DNA from: an uncultured Chloroflexia bacterium
GTDB taxonomy: Bacteria > Chloroflexota > Limnocylindria > Limnocylindrales > CSP1-4
Assembly (NCBI GenBank): GCA_963828165.1
Contig: CAWHDR010000001.1
Coordinates: 288,001 to 352,000, forward strand
DNA length: 64,000 bases
Direction: 5' to 3'
Shown here: piece after piece, positions 49,439-59,056 of the stretch
Layout: each line of letters begins with the position of its first letter
Position numbering within the stretch: position 1 is the stretch's first letter
Notes under the pieces: generated by a model
What the model was told of the DNA's origin: nothing
Databases searched by the model: none
What the model saw: the letters and a program-made list of their open reading frames with translations, nothing else
Made by a program: the position numbers and the translations under genes

Positions 49439-50713
49439 ATGGCTGCTGACCTTGCGCCCAACGACCTCGAGCGCCTTCGCCGGCGGACGCTGCGGTCGCT
49501 GGTTGCGGGCGTTGCGCTCGGGAGCACCGGCCACATCGCTGCTGCCACGGTCGCGACGATCGTCGCCCAGGACATCGCCGGCAGCACGGCCTGGAGCGGG
49601 GCGCCGGGAGCGACGGTCGTGCTCGGCGCCGCGGCCGGTGCCGTCGTCCTGGCGCAGCTCATGGTTCGGTTCGGCCGACGAAACGGACTGGCGGCCGGGT
49701 ATGGGATGGGCGTCGCTGGCGCCTTCGTCGCCACCGCGTCCGTCGTCTTGGCCTCCCTCCCGCTCCTGCTCGTCGGAACGTTCCTGATCGGCTTCGGCAA
49801 CGCCTCCAACCAGCTGTCCCGTTACGTGGCGGCCGACTTGTTCCCGCCGGAGCGGCGTGCCTCGGGGCTGGGTACGGTCGTGTGGGGCGCGACGATCGGG
49901 GCGGTGATCGGACCCAACCTGGCGGCACCGGCGTCGGACGTGGCGAGCGGCCTCGGGCTGCCTGATCTCGCCGGCGCTTATCTCGTCCCGGTCGTCTTCG
50001 TGGGGATGGCCATGCTGCTCACGCTCGTGACCCTCCGCCCCGACCCGTACGCGCTCGCCGACCTGTCGTCGGTGCGCGATCGCGCCGACGGTGAGCGGAG
50101 CACGGCACTCGCCCTCAGGAGCGTCCTTCGCCGGCCGAACGTTCCGGTCGCGATGGTCGCGCTGGTGACGGGCATGGTCGTGATGGTGCTGATCATGACG
50201 ATGACGCCGCTGCACATGGCCCAACACGGCCACGACATCGCTGCGGTCGGACTCGTCCTCAGCGGGCACACCTTCGGGATGTACGGCCTGTCACCGATCT
50301 CCGGAAGGCTGACGGATCGTCTCGGGAGTGTGCCGGTGATCCTTGCCGGCCTGGCCACGTCAGCGCTCGCGGCGATCCTGGCCGCGGCGGCGCCGCCCGA
50401 GGGCGGCGTCCTGCTGTTCGTCGCGTTGTTCCTCCTCGGGTACGGCTGGAACCTCGGCTACGTGGCGGGCTCGGCGTTGCTGACCCAGGACCTGTCGCTC
50501 GCCGAACGGACGCGGTTGCAGGGCCTGACCGATGGTCTCATCTGGAGCTCCGCCGCAGCGGCGAGCCTCGGTTCGGGGGTGGTGGTCGCCTACGCAAGCT
50601 ACGCGACCCTTGGGCTGCTGGGTGCGGCCCTGGTGGTCGTGCCGGTGCTCCTCGTGCTTGCTCGCCGGACCGCCGTGAACGATCACGCGGCGGCGCCCGC
50701 CGCTGGCTCGTAG
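49439..50713 (+). CDS. MFS transporter
   Basis: About 12 TMs, RFGRR, GRLTDRLG. Confidence 0.9.
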   Translation: MAADLAPNDLERLRRRTLRSLVAGVALGSTGHIAAATVATIVAQDIAGSTAWSGAPGATVVLGAAAGAVVLAQLMVRFGRRNGLAAGYGMGVAGAFVATASVVLASLPLLLVGTFLIGFGNASNQLSRYVAADLFPPERRASGLGTVVWGATIGAVIGPNLAAPASDVASGLGLPDLAGAYLVPVVFVGMAMLLTLVTLRPDPYALADLSSVRDRADGERSTALALRSVLRRPNVPVAMVALVTGMVVMVLIMTMTPLHMAQHGHDIAAVGLVLSGHTFGMYGLSPISGRLTDRLGSVPVILAGLATSALAAILAAAAPPEGGVLLFVALFLLGYGWNLGYVAGSALLTQDLSLAERTRLQGLTDGLIWSSAAAASLGSGVVVAYASYATLGLLGAALVVVPVLLVLARRTAVNDHAAAPAAGS

Positions 50714-50729
50714 CCAGGAGAACCTGCCC

Positions 50730-52025
50730 CTAGACCGTCCCGAGCGCGCGCAGGACCCACGCGGCGAGGACCCGAGCGCACATCTCGACCTCGTCGAGCG
50801 GCACGAACTCGTCCGCGCTGTGCGCCACCCGAACATCGCCCGGGCCGAAGATCACGCACGGCGTCCCACCGACGTTGACGAACATCTGCATGTCCGCCCC
50901 GTATGGCTCACCAAGGAGGGCGGGCCGTCGCCCGCTGATCGCCTCCGCGACATCGGCGAGACCCGCGGGCAGCGGGTGATCGGAGGGCACGCGCGCCGAC
51001 CCGAAACGCCCGCCGGTGATCTCGACGGTCGCCGGATGCTCGCGCAGGAACTCGTCCGCGGCGCACGCCGCGGCGATCGCCTCGCGCAGATCCGCTTCCG
51101 CCTCGTCCGCCGTCTGGCCGAGCCGAACGCCATATCGACCGTCCGCGGTCACCCGGTCGAGCACGGTCGAGGCCCAGTCCCCGCCACCCACGATGCCGAT
51201 GATCGTCGGGTACGGCAGGCCAAGGGCGGTCATCAGCGGGTCCGTCTCGGCGTCGTTGCGGCGCGCCTCGTCGGCCTCGAGCGCGCGGGTCAGGACGAAC
51301 AGCTTGTCGAGCGCGGAGACGCCCTCGCGCCGCTGCGACGCGTGCGCCGCCCGGCCCGGGACGGTGAGCCGGAACGTGATGGCGCCCGCGTGGGCGACGA
51401 CGACGTCGAGGTTCGACGGCTCGGTGATGACCGCGAGGTCGCCCGTGGCCCCGGCCCGGATGGCGGCGAGCGTCCCCTGGCCGCCATCCTCCTCTGACGG
51501 CACCAGGACGACCATCAGCTCCCCGTCGAGGCGGCCCAGCTCGCCGCTCGACCCAAGGGCGCGGACGGCGCCGAGGATCGACGCGACACCGCCCTTCATG
51601 TCGCAGGCGCCCCGGCCATAGAGGCGACCCTCGCGGATCTCGGCACCCCACGGATCGGCCGTCCACGTGGCGGGATCGCCGGGCGGAACGACGTCGAGGT
51701 GGCCCGACAGGATCACGCGCGGCCGTGCGCCGGACCCGTCGGGCGCGGTGGGCGCGGCGGGCGAAGCGGTAGCGCCGGCGCGTCCGATGACGACCGGGAG
51801 CGACGTGCGCGGCATCTCCTGGCCCGGCCACGCTGGATCTCCCTTGATCGCGGCGAGGTCCGGCCGGACGACCTCCACCTCCATGCCGAGCGCGCCCAGC
51901 GCGTCCGCGGCCCACGCCGCGACGTCTTCCTCGGACCCGGTGATGCTCGGGATGCGGACGAGCGCCCGAAGGTCCTCGACGAGATGCTCCCGGTCGACGG
52001 CCGGCGCGGTCGGTGCGTCAGTCAC
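50730..52025 (-). CDS. M20 ArgE/DapE-family deacylase
   Basis: SGHLDVVP, GRGACDMKGG, SEEDGG, TEP, AHSADE. Confidence 0.9.
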   Translation of the reverse strand: MTDAPTAPAVDREHLVEDLRALVRIPSITGSEEDVAAWAADALGALGMEVEVVRPDLAAIKGDPAWPGQEMPRTSLPVVIGRAGATASPAAPTAPDGSGARPRVILSGHLDVVPPGDPATWTADPWGAEIREGRLYGRGACDMKGGVASILGAVRALGSSGELGRLDGELMVVLVPSEEDGGQGTLAAIRAGATGDLAVITEPSNLDVVVAHAGAITFRLTVPGRAAHASQRREGVSALDKLFVLTRALEADEARRNDAETDPLMTALGLPYPTIIGIVGGGDWASTVLDRVTADGRYGVRLGQTADEAEADLREAIAAACAADEFLREHPATVEITGGRFGSARVPSDHPLPAGLADVAEAISGRRPALLGEPYGADMQMFVNVGGTPCVIFGPGDVRVAHSADEFVPLDEVEMCARVLAAWVLRALGTV

Positions 52026-52886
52026 GAAGGATCGGTCGCGTCATGCACGTCGGCCCACCCGATCCGTTGATCCCGATCTGGGTCGCCGGATAGATGTGCA
52101 CTTCGCAGCCGGCCGCGACCAGGGCAGCCGCCGTCTCGGGGTTTCCGTCGGCCATGATGACCACGCCGGGCCTGACGGCCAGCACATTGCACCCGAGCGT
52201 CGGGAACTCCGCATCCGGCACCTCGACGAGACGGATGTCGAGATCGACCAGCAGCTCCCACAGGCCCGACCGGCAGGAGGGGCAGGTACACGACGGCGAG
52301 GTCGTCGGCGACGGGCGAGATCACGCTCATGAGATGGATGAGCTCGGCCGGCCCCTTCCAATACGGCACGTCGAACACGCGCACGTCGCCACCGACCAGG
52401 TCGGCCAGCTGGAAGACGCCGCTGGCATTGCTCCGGAGCGTGCGCCCGACGCAGAACAGGTCCGGTCGCAGCCAGAAGGTGTCGCCGCCCTCGATCGTCC
52501 CGGGCGGCTCGATCCGCCCGAGCGTGGGGATGCCGGCTGCCTCGGTCCACGCCTCCAGGATGTCCGGCTCGTCCGCGCGGTTCGGCTTTCCGGGGCGGAG
52601 CGGGATCGCGCCGCGGTCCGTCACGAGCAACGGGTCGAACGGGTAGATGAGGTCTGGATCATCGGTCTCTGCTTCCAGGACGTGCACGGTCGGTCCGAGG
52701 CCCGCGAGAACCTCGACGAACGCGTCGTGCTCGCGGCGCGCCACCTCGAGGTCGACCGGAGTACAGGAATCCGTGCGCCGGATCGTCGAACGCCCGCCCG
52801 AACGCCTCGCCCGGCGGCTTGACGAGCACGTCACGCAGCGTGGAGGTCATGCTCTGGGCGCCATATCGCCGAGCCGTCAATGTCAT
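52018..52886 (-). CDS. Amidinotransferase/dimethylarginine dimethylaminohydrolase-family protein (two frameshifts)
   Basis: FDP, IEGGD, IHLMS, GSGGPTCMTRP spread over three frames; shifts near 52760 and 52265. Confidence 0.82.
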
Positions 52887-52934
52887 GTCCGAAGGATAGT
52901 CGCGAGGCGTCCATCGGAGTACGCTGCAGGGACC

Positions 52935-53165
52935 ATGGCCGCCTACGCCACGATGGTTCGCATCGATCGCGTCAAGCCCCGCCTCGCCGGTCACGTGTCC
53001 GCAAGCCCGGCGGGATCGCCTGCGGCCGAGCCCCTTCTCGCACCCGAGGCCATCGACCTTGTCGGCCGTCCGATGCTCCCGCTCGTGGCCGAGCGGTGGA
53101 CCGGACTGCGCGAGGCATGGTCCCAGACGACGTTCTACCTCTTCCACGCCGAAGGCTGGCGCTGA
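52935..53165 (+). CDS. Small hypothetical protein
   Basis: Ends WSQTTFYLFHAEGWR; TACGCT 9 nt before the ATG; start uncertain. Confidence 0.5.
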   Translation: MAAYATMVRIDRVKPRLAGHVSASPAGSPAAEPLLAPEAIDLVGRPMLPLVAERWTGLREAWSQTTFYLFHAEGWR

Positions 53166-53194
53166 CCGGCCGATCTTGGCGAACGAACTGCTCC

Positions 53195-54362
53195 TCAGGC
53201 GAGTGGCGGGGGCGCGAACCGGTCGGGATCGAGCATCGGCGGTGGCCCCGACACGCGGCCATCCAGCAGGTCCGCCAGAAGACGCCCGCTCGCGGGCCCG
53301 GTCGAGATGCCCCACGGGCCGTGGCCGGCGGCGATCCATAACCCGTCCAGCCCTGCCACGCGCCCGACGAGCGGCCGCCCATCGACGCTCTGCGGGCGGG
53401 CGCAGACGCGGTGCGGACCGACCCTCGCCGATGCGATGCCCGGAACGTACCCGGCGCCACGGGCCAGGATCGCGGGCACCAACGCGGCGGGATCCGGTTC
53501 CTTGTCCAGGAACGTCGATCCGAGAGAGCTTGCGGCGCCAGCGGTGACCAGGCTGAAGGATGCGCCCGCGGCGCCGCGCGCGAGGCTCGGTTCGTGCCCG
53601 GGTTCGATCTCGATCTCGGCCTCCTCGAGGACGTGCATCGGGGGTCGCTCCAGCGTGATGCCGACGACCACGCCCCACGACGGGCGGATCGGTCGCCAGG
53701 CCCCGCCCGGGTCGATGACGGCCGGCGTCCAGGGACCCGCCGCGACGACCACGTGCGCGGACGCCAGACGACGCCCATCCTCCAGCTCCACGCCGGCGAC
53801 CCGGCCCGATCCGAACCAGGGCCTCGCGGCCGCGCCCGACGCGGATGTCGACGCCGAGGCGGGTGGCCCACGCGGCGTACGCGCGGGTCGCGGCGGCCGG
53901 CGCGACCGGGTAGCCGATCGCCAGACGGCAAGCCGCCACGTCCATCGCCAGGGTCGGCTCCACCGCCCTCGCATCCCCTGGTCCGAGAAAGGTCGGAGAC
54001 AGGCCGGGATGCGTTTCGTCCAAGGTGTCGACCAGTCCTCGCGCGACGCCCGGATCGTGGCGTGACCATCAGCAGCCCTGGCCGGCTCAGCGGGCAGCGT
54101 GAATCCCTCGACACCCGCGGTCGCGAGGGCACGGTAGAGCGCGAGCGTCTCGAGATGCAGCTCGACCAGGACCGGATCGAACGGATGCTGGACGACCCCC
54201 GAGTTGCGGCCGGACGCGCCGGCCGCGATCTCCGATCGTTCGAGCAGGACGACCCGGCGACCGGATGCCGCGAGGTGCGCCGCGCACGAAACGCCGACGA
54301 TCCCGCCGCCGATCACGATGACGTCGGCTGAGCGATCGGCGCGGCGAGGGGGGCTGGCCATC
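53195..54362 (-). CDS. FAD-dependent oxidoreductase, DAO family (three compensating frameshifts)
   Basis: VIGGGIVG, GASGRNSG, VVAAGPW, CARPQSVDGRPLVG, GHGPWGIS. Confidence 0.85.
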
Positions 54363-54410
54363 GTGGCCGATGATGGCATGGGCGCCCGGCGGGTCGCGCC
54401 CGGGACACAT

Positions 54411-54440
54411 GGACGCCCCGAACGAGACGTCGGGGCGTCC
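54411..54440 (-). terminator. Hairpin downstream of yceI
   Basis: GGACGCCCCGA-N8-TCGGGGCGTCC. Confidence 0.6.
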
Positions 54441-54504
54441 TTCGCGCGGAGGAGACGCGCTGGTGATGGGCGACGGATCGGGCCGTCGATCCGTCAGGTC
54501 GAGC

Positions 54505-55068
54505 TCAGGCGTTGGCGGCGACCAGCTCCGCGGACTCCGCGACGGCGACCTCGTCGGCCGCGATCGTGATGTCGAGCTTGATCTCCTTGCCGACCAGCCA
54601 GCCGCCCTGCTCGAGGGCGACGTTCCAGTTGAGATCCCAGTCCGCGCGCACGATGGTCGCGGTCGCTGACAGGCCCGCGTGGCGCGCGCCACTCATCCCG
54701 GGGACGATCCCCTCGAGCGTCACGTCGAACGTGATCGGCTTCGTGACCTCGCGGATGGTCAGGTCACCGGTGACGTTGAAACGGTCGTCATCGACCTGCT
54801 CGACACCGGTCGCGACGAAGCTGATGTTCGGGAACCGCTCCACATCGAAGAAGTCGGGGGAGCGGAGGTGCGTGTCGCGGGCGCCGAAGCTCGTGTCGAC
54901 GCTGGCGGCCCCGACGCGGAACTCGCCGCGGGATCGGGTCGGGTCGTTCTCGTCGAGCTCGATGGTGCCGTCGACGTCGCGGAAGGTTCCGCGGACGTTC
55001 GTCACCATCATGTGCTTGGCCGAGAAGTTGACCTGGGTGTGGGCGGTATCGATCTTCCAGCTGGTCAT
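54505..55068 (-). CDS. yceI: YceI family polyisoprenoid-binding protein
   Basis: WKIDTAHT, HMMVTNVRGTF, RDTHLRSPDFFD, GDLTIR. Confidence 0.92.
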   Translation of the reverse strand: MTSWKIDTAHTQVNFSAKHMMVTNVRGTFRDVDGTIELDENDPTRSRGEFRVGAASVDTSFGARDTHLRSPDFFDVERFPNISFVATGVEQVDDDRFNVTGDLTIREVTKPITFDVTLEGIVPGMSGARHAGLSATATIVRADWDLNWNVALEQGGWLVGKEIKLDITIAADEVAVAESAELVAANA

Positions 55069-55123
55069 GATGCGTGGGTTCCTTCGCGGGTCGTGGGCGC
55101 CGGGCGGCGGGATGGGACAGTTC

Positions 55124-55165
55124 GTTGACGTTGCAACCATATCCAGATATCGTTGATGTGTCAAC
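55124..55165. promoter_or_regulatory. Two inverted repeats, putative MarR operators
   Basis: GTTGACGTTGCAAC (55124-55137) and GTTGATGTGTCAAC (55152-55165) between the divergent yceI and marR genes. Confidence 0.72.
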
Positions 55166-55203
55166 AAGTCAGCCAGCCAGACCGAGGGTGTAGCATCGAG
55201 ACC

Positions 55204-55692
55204 ATGACCGTCACCGAGGGGACCGCGGCCCGACCGCTGTCCGCGAGCGACCCACGCATCGAGCCGTGGCGTGCGTTCCTTCAGGCCCACGCCCGGGTCA
55301 CGCGCCGACTCGACGAGGAGTTGCGCGCCGAGCACGACCTGTCGCTGGCCGAGTACGACGCGTTGCTGACGATCGCCGACGCGCCGGACCGACGGATCCG
55401 GATGCGTCAGCTGGCCGACCGCGTGATCCTGAGCAAGAGCGGCGTGACGCGCCTGATCGACCGGCTGGTCCTTGATGGGCTGGTCCAGCGCGACGTGTGT
55501 CTCTCGGATGCGCGTGGCGCCGAGGCCGTGCTCACCCCGGCCGGCCTGGACCGCCTGCGGCACGCCTCGCGGACGCACCTGCGCGGCATCGACGAGCACT
55601 TCTTGGCGGCCCTCGAGCCCGAAGACCTGACGGCGATCCAGCGCTCCATGCGGGCGGTCGCCGAGCGAGCCGGAGCCGACAGCGACGGCTGA
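55204..55692 (+). CDS. MarR family transcriptional regulator
   Basis: LSLAEYDAL, LSKSGVTRLIDRL, DARG..AVLTPAG. Confidence 0.92.
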   Translation: MTVTEGTAARPLSASDPRIEPWRAFLQAHARVTRRLDEELRAEHDLSLAEYDALLTIADAPDRRIRMRQLADRVILSKSGVTRLIDRLVLDGLVQRDVCLSDARGAEAVLTPAGLDRLRHASRTHLRGIDEHFLAALEPEDLTAIQRSMRAVAERAGADSDG

Positions 55693-56437
55693 CTCGGCCC
55701 GGCCCGGTCGCCTGTACGCGGGCACCAGCGGCTTCGCCTACCCGGGCTGGAGCCCGCGCTTCTACCCACGCGCGCTGCGCGGCGATGATCTGCTTCGCCA
55801 TTACGGGTCGCAGCTTCCCGCGGTCGAGCTCAACAACACGTTCTACCAGCAACCGTCCGCCACCAAGGTGGCCGCCTGGCTCGAGGCGACGCCACCGTCG
55901 TTCCGGTTCAGCGTCAAGGCCCAGCGTGGCGGCTCGTGGGGCGCGTTCGGTGGCTCCCCCGAGGCCGGCCTGCCGTGGCTGACCGGGCCGTATCGCGCCT
56001 TCGGGGAGCGGCTGGGGACCGTGCTCCTCCGGGCCCCCGACACGCTCAAGCGTGACGACGGCCGGCTGGCGGCGTTCCTTTCCGCCTGGCCGAACGACCT
56101 GCCGCTCACCGTCGAGCTGCGACATCCCTCGTGGCAGGCGGACGAGACCGTGACCGCGCTGACCGATGCGGGGGCGGCCCTCTGCGCGACGGACGATCCC
56201 GATGAGCCGTTGCCACCCACCTTGCGCCGGACGGGGCCGTTCCTCTATCTGCGCCTGCGACGGCACGACTACGCGCCCGACGAGATCGCGGCCTGGGCCG
56301 ACCGGCTGGCTCCGTTCCTCGACGCCGGCGACGACGCCTTCGTCTTCTTCCGGCACGACCCGGTCGGGCGCGGGCCGGAGCTGGCGCTCGAGCTCTCGGC
56401 TGCCGTGGCGAGCCGTGGTCGGGTCGCTCCGGGGTAG
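55685..56437 (+). CDS. DUF72 domain protein
   Basis: LYAGTSGFAYPGW...FYP lies upstream of the first canonical start; FRFSVKA, ELRHPSW, YLRLR; start codon unclear (ACG 55685). Confidence 0.85.
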   Translation, partial: TADSARPGRLYAGTSGFAYPGWSPRFYPRALRGDDLLRHYGSQLPAVELNNTFYQQPSATKVAAWLEATPPSFRFSVKAQRGGSWGAFGGSPEAGLPWLTGPYRAFGERLGTVLLRAPDTLKRDDGRLAAFLSAWPNDLPLTVELRHPSWQADETVTALTDAGAALCATDDPDEPLPPTLRRTGPFLYLRLRRHDYAPDEIAAWADRLAPFLDAGDDAFVFFRHDPVGRGPELALELSAAVASRGRVAPG

Positions 56438-56460
56438 CCGCCCCTCGGGCGAGCGTGGCG

Positions 56461-56528
56461 GACCCCGCGGGCCGCGCGCCTACGCGCGGGGCCGTCCGCC
56501 CACGCGCGGGGCCGTCCGCCTACGCGCG
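56461..56528. repeat. 20-bp tandem repeat (about 3.4 copies)
   Basis: YACGCGCGGGGCCGTCCGCC at 56481 and 56501, partial copy at 56521, degenerate copy at 56461. Confidence 0.75.
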
Positions 56529-56846
56529 CGAGTCCTCGGCCGGACCGAAGGCGACGAGAAGTACCAACCGCGCCTCGATGTCATGGAAGCGGTGGGTCAC
56601 GCCTGCGGCAACGAAGATCACCGTACCGGCGCGAACGCCCCGGACCTCGTCCCCCACTGTCACCCGGGCCTGCCCCGACATCACGACATAGAGCTCGTCC
56701 TCGGTGTGCGGCGACTGCGTGTCGACCGCACCCGCCTCCAGCACGTACAGCCCGCCAGACAGATCCGGGACTGACACGAACTCGTGGTAGCGCCTGCCGC
56801 TGGCTCCCCGTGCCGCCTCGAGATCGTCGAGCTCCCAAGCATCCAT
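56520..56846 (-). CDS. Cupin domain protein
   Basis: DTQSPHTEDELYVV, GVTHRFHDI. Confidence 0.88.
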   Translation of the reverse strand: MDAWELDDLEAARGASGRRYHEFVSVPDLSGGLYVLEAGAVDTQSPHTEDELYVVMSGQARVTVGDEVRGVRAGTVIFVAAGVTHRFHDIEARLVLLVAFGPAEDSRA

Positions 56847-56943
56847 CGGTGGTGACCCTCCAGCGGCGAGGGTAGCAGCCGTCGCCGCGGACGGGGGGCG
56901 TCGTGCCGACCCGAACTCGAGCATCCGGCTAGCATTCGCGACG

Positions 56944-58221
56944 ATGCGTCCCCGACTTCGATCCAAGACGTCGCTTCTGGGGCTCGCCCTGGCGCTCATG
57001 GCCGGCTGCGCGGGCCCTGCCGAGCCATCCCCTCCGGCGAGCAGCGTGCCCACGAGCGCGCCGTCGGTGACCACCGCGCCCTCCGTTTCTGTGCCCCCAA
57101 GCCCCGGCTCCGCGGGATCCTCGGGCGCGATCGGCGAGCCACCCCGCCTCGGGCTCGAACCGGTGGTGGGTGGCCTTGAATCCCCGCTGGACATCGCCTG
57201 GCGACCGAACGACGCAGCGACGCTGTTCGTCGTGGAGCAGGGTGGGCAGATCCGCATCGTTCGCGATGGCGCCCTGATCGATCGACCGTTCCTGGACATC
57301 CGGGGCCTGGTCAGCGCCGGCGGCGAGCGTGGCCTCCTGGGTCTCGCCTTCCACCCCGCCGCCGACGATCGGCGGTTCTTCGTGTACTACACGGCGCTCG
57401 ATGGCAACCAGATCGTGGCCTCCTACGAGACCTTGGCGGACGAACGCGACCGGGCCGACCCCGACAGCGCCGTGATCCTGCTGCGCATGGACGACCGGTT
57501 CGGGAACCACAATGGCGGCGCGCTCGCGTTCGGACCTGATGGCTACCTGTACATCTCGACCGGAGACGGCGGTGGCGGCGGCGATCCGCTCGACTCGGGA
57601 CGGAAGCTCGACACGCTGCTCGCGAAGATCCTGCGCATCGATGTCGACGTCGAGGCCGGAGCCGATCCGCCCTACGGCATCCCGGACGACAACCCATTCC
57701 TGGACGACAGTGAAGCCCGCCCCGAGATCTGGCTCACCGGTCTACGCAACCCGTGGCGGATCCGCTTCGATCGGGCGACCGGGGATCTCTGGATCGGCGA
57801 TGTCGGGCAGGGCGTGTTCGAGGAGATCGACGTGGCGCGCGCGGGCGTCGGGGGCCTCGACTTCGGCTGGAACATCATGGAAGGGTCGGCCTGCTACCGG
57901 AATGGCGGCACCGACTGCCTGACCGACGAGCTGACCCTTCCGGTCACCCAATACGGCCACGATCTGGGGTGCTCGGTGACGGGCGGCACGGTCTACCGCG
58001 GCGAGGCGCAGCCGGCGATGCGCGGCTGGTATGTCTTCGCCGACTTCTGCTCGGGGCGGTTCTGGGTCCTCGATCCTGAACGGGACGACGTGCATGAGTC
58101 CACGTTGGCGGCAGAAAGCGACCGCTCGATCAGCGCCATCGCGGAGGACGCGGCCGGCGAGCTGTTCGCGACCGACCTGTCCGGCGGCGACCTGCTTCGG
58201 GTCGTCGTCGACGGCGGCTAG
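56944..58221 (+). CDS. PQQ-dependent sugar dehydrogenase (GSDH) lipoprotein
   Basis: Lipobox MAGC, GERGLLGLAFHP, NHNGG, GLRNPWR, DVGQ. Confidence 0.9.
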   Translation: MRPRLRSKTSLLGLALALMAGCAGPAEPSPPASSVPTSAPSVTTAPSVSVPPSPGSAGSSGAIGEPPRLGLEPVVGGLESPLDIAWRPNDAATLFVVEQGGQIRIVRDGALIDRPFLDIRGLVSAGGERGLLGLAFHPAADDRRFFVYYTALDGNQIVASYETLADERDRADPDSAVILLRMDDRFGNHNGGALAFGPDGYLYISTGDGGGGGDPLDSGRKLDTLLAKILRIDVDVEAGADPPYGIPDDNPFLDDSEARPEIWLTGLRNPWRIRFDRATGDLWIGDVGQGVFEEIDVARAGVGGLDFGWNIMEGSACYRNGGTDCLTDELTLPVTQYGHDLGCSVTGGTVYRGEAQPAMRGWYVFADFCSGRFWVLDPERDDVHESTLAAESDRSISAIAEDAAGELFATDLSGGDLLRVVVDGG

Positions 58222-58223
58222 GG

Positions 58224-58883
58224 TCAGCGCGCCCTGTAGGTGACGGTGACGCTGACGGCGATCTCCGTAGAACCTGCCTCGACCGGTGTGGACGCGTCCT
58301 CCGCCATCATCATCCGAGCTGCTTTGTAGCGAGGCTCCGGCGGCGAGGGCGTGCCACCCTCGACGATGTCCGACACGCCGACGATCGCCAGCCCAGCCGC
58401 CTCGGCAAGCACTTCCGCCCGCGCGCGGGCCGCGGCCATGGCGCGCAGGCGTGCCTCGCGCTCGGCAGGAGCCGGGTCGGCCACCCGGAACGAGAGTCCG
58501 TCCATGCTCGTCGCTCCGGCGCGCAGGGTGCCGTCGACGACATCGCCGAGGCGGGCGAGGTCGCGGACCGTGACCTCGACGACGTTGGCCAGCTCGTATC
58601 CGGTCAACACCGGCGGCTGGTTCTCGCGGTAGTCGTAGCGCGGCTGCACGGACAGTAGCGTCGTTCGGACATCGCGCCCGTCGACCCCCGCGTCCGCGAC
58701 AGCGGCGAGGATCGCGGCCATCAGCTCGGCGGCAACGCCGCGTGCCGTGTCGACCGTTGGCCGGGCGACGGAGACGCCCAGCCTGAGATCGGCGACGTCG
58801 GGTTCCACCGATACCTGCCCCGTGCCGCCGACCACGATCCGGCCGGCGTCCGGGTCACTGCGCCGGGAATCGTCCGACATCAT
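58224..58883 (-). CDS. SIMPL (DUF541) domain protein
   Basis: GTGQVSVEPDVA, VQPRYDY, AEVLAEAAG, PVEAG. Confidence 0.88.
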   Translation of the reverse strand: MMSDDSRRSDPDAGRIVVGGTGQVSVEPDVADLRLGVSVARPTVDTARGVAAELMAAILAAVADAGVDGRDVRTTLLSVQPRYDYRENQPPVLTGYELANVVEVTVRDLARLGDVVDGTLRAGATSMDGLSFRVADPAPAEREARLRAMAAARARAEVLAEAAGLAIVGVSDIVEGGTPSPPEPRYKAARMMMAEDASTPVEAGSTEIAVSVTVTYRAR

Positions 58884-59056
58884 CTTCTCCTGCTGTGGAG
58901 CGGTCATGGTAGGTGACTGAACGCAACACCTCTTCGGAGCTGACATGGTGGTGCAACCGGCCGGCCTCATGAGCCAGCGCGGCCGACACCGTCGCACCCG
59001 CAGCATCGGCGCATGCTCATCGCCGTCTTCCGTCACACCATGCCCGGCGCGTCCAC

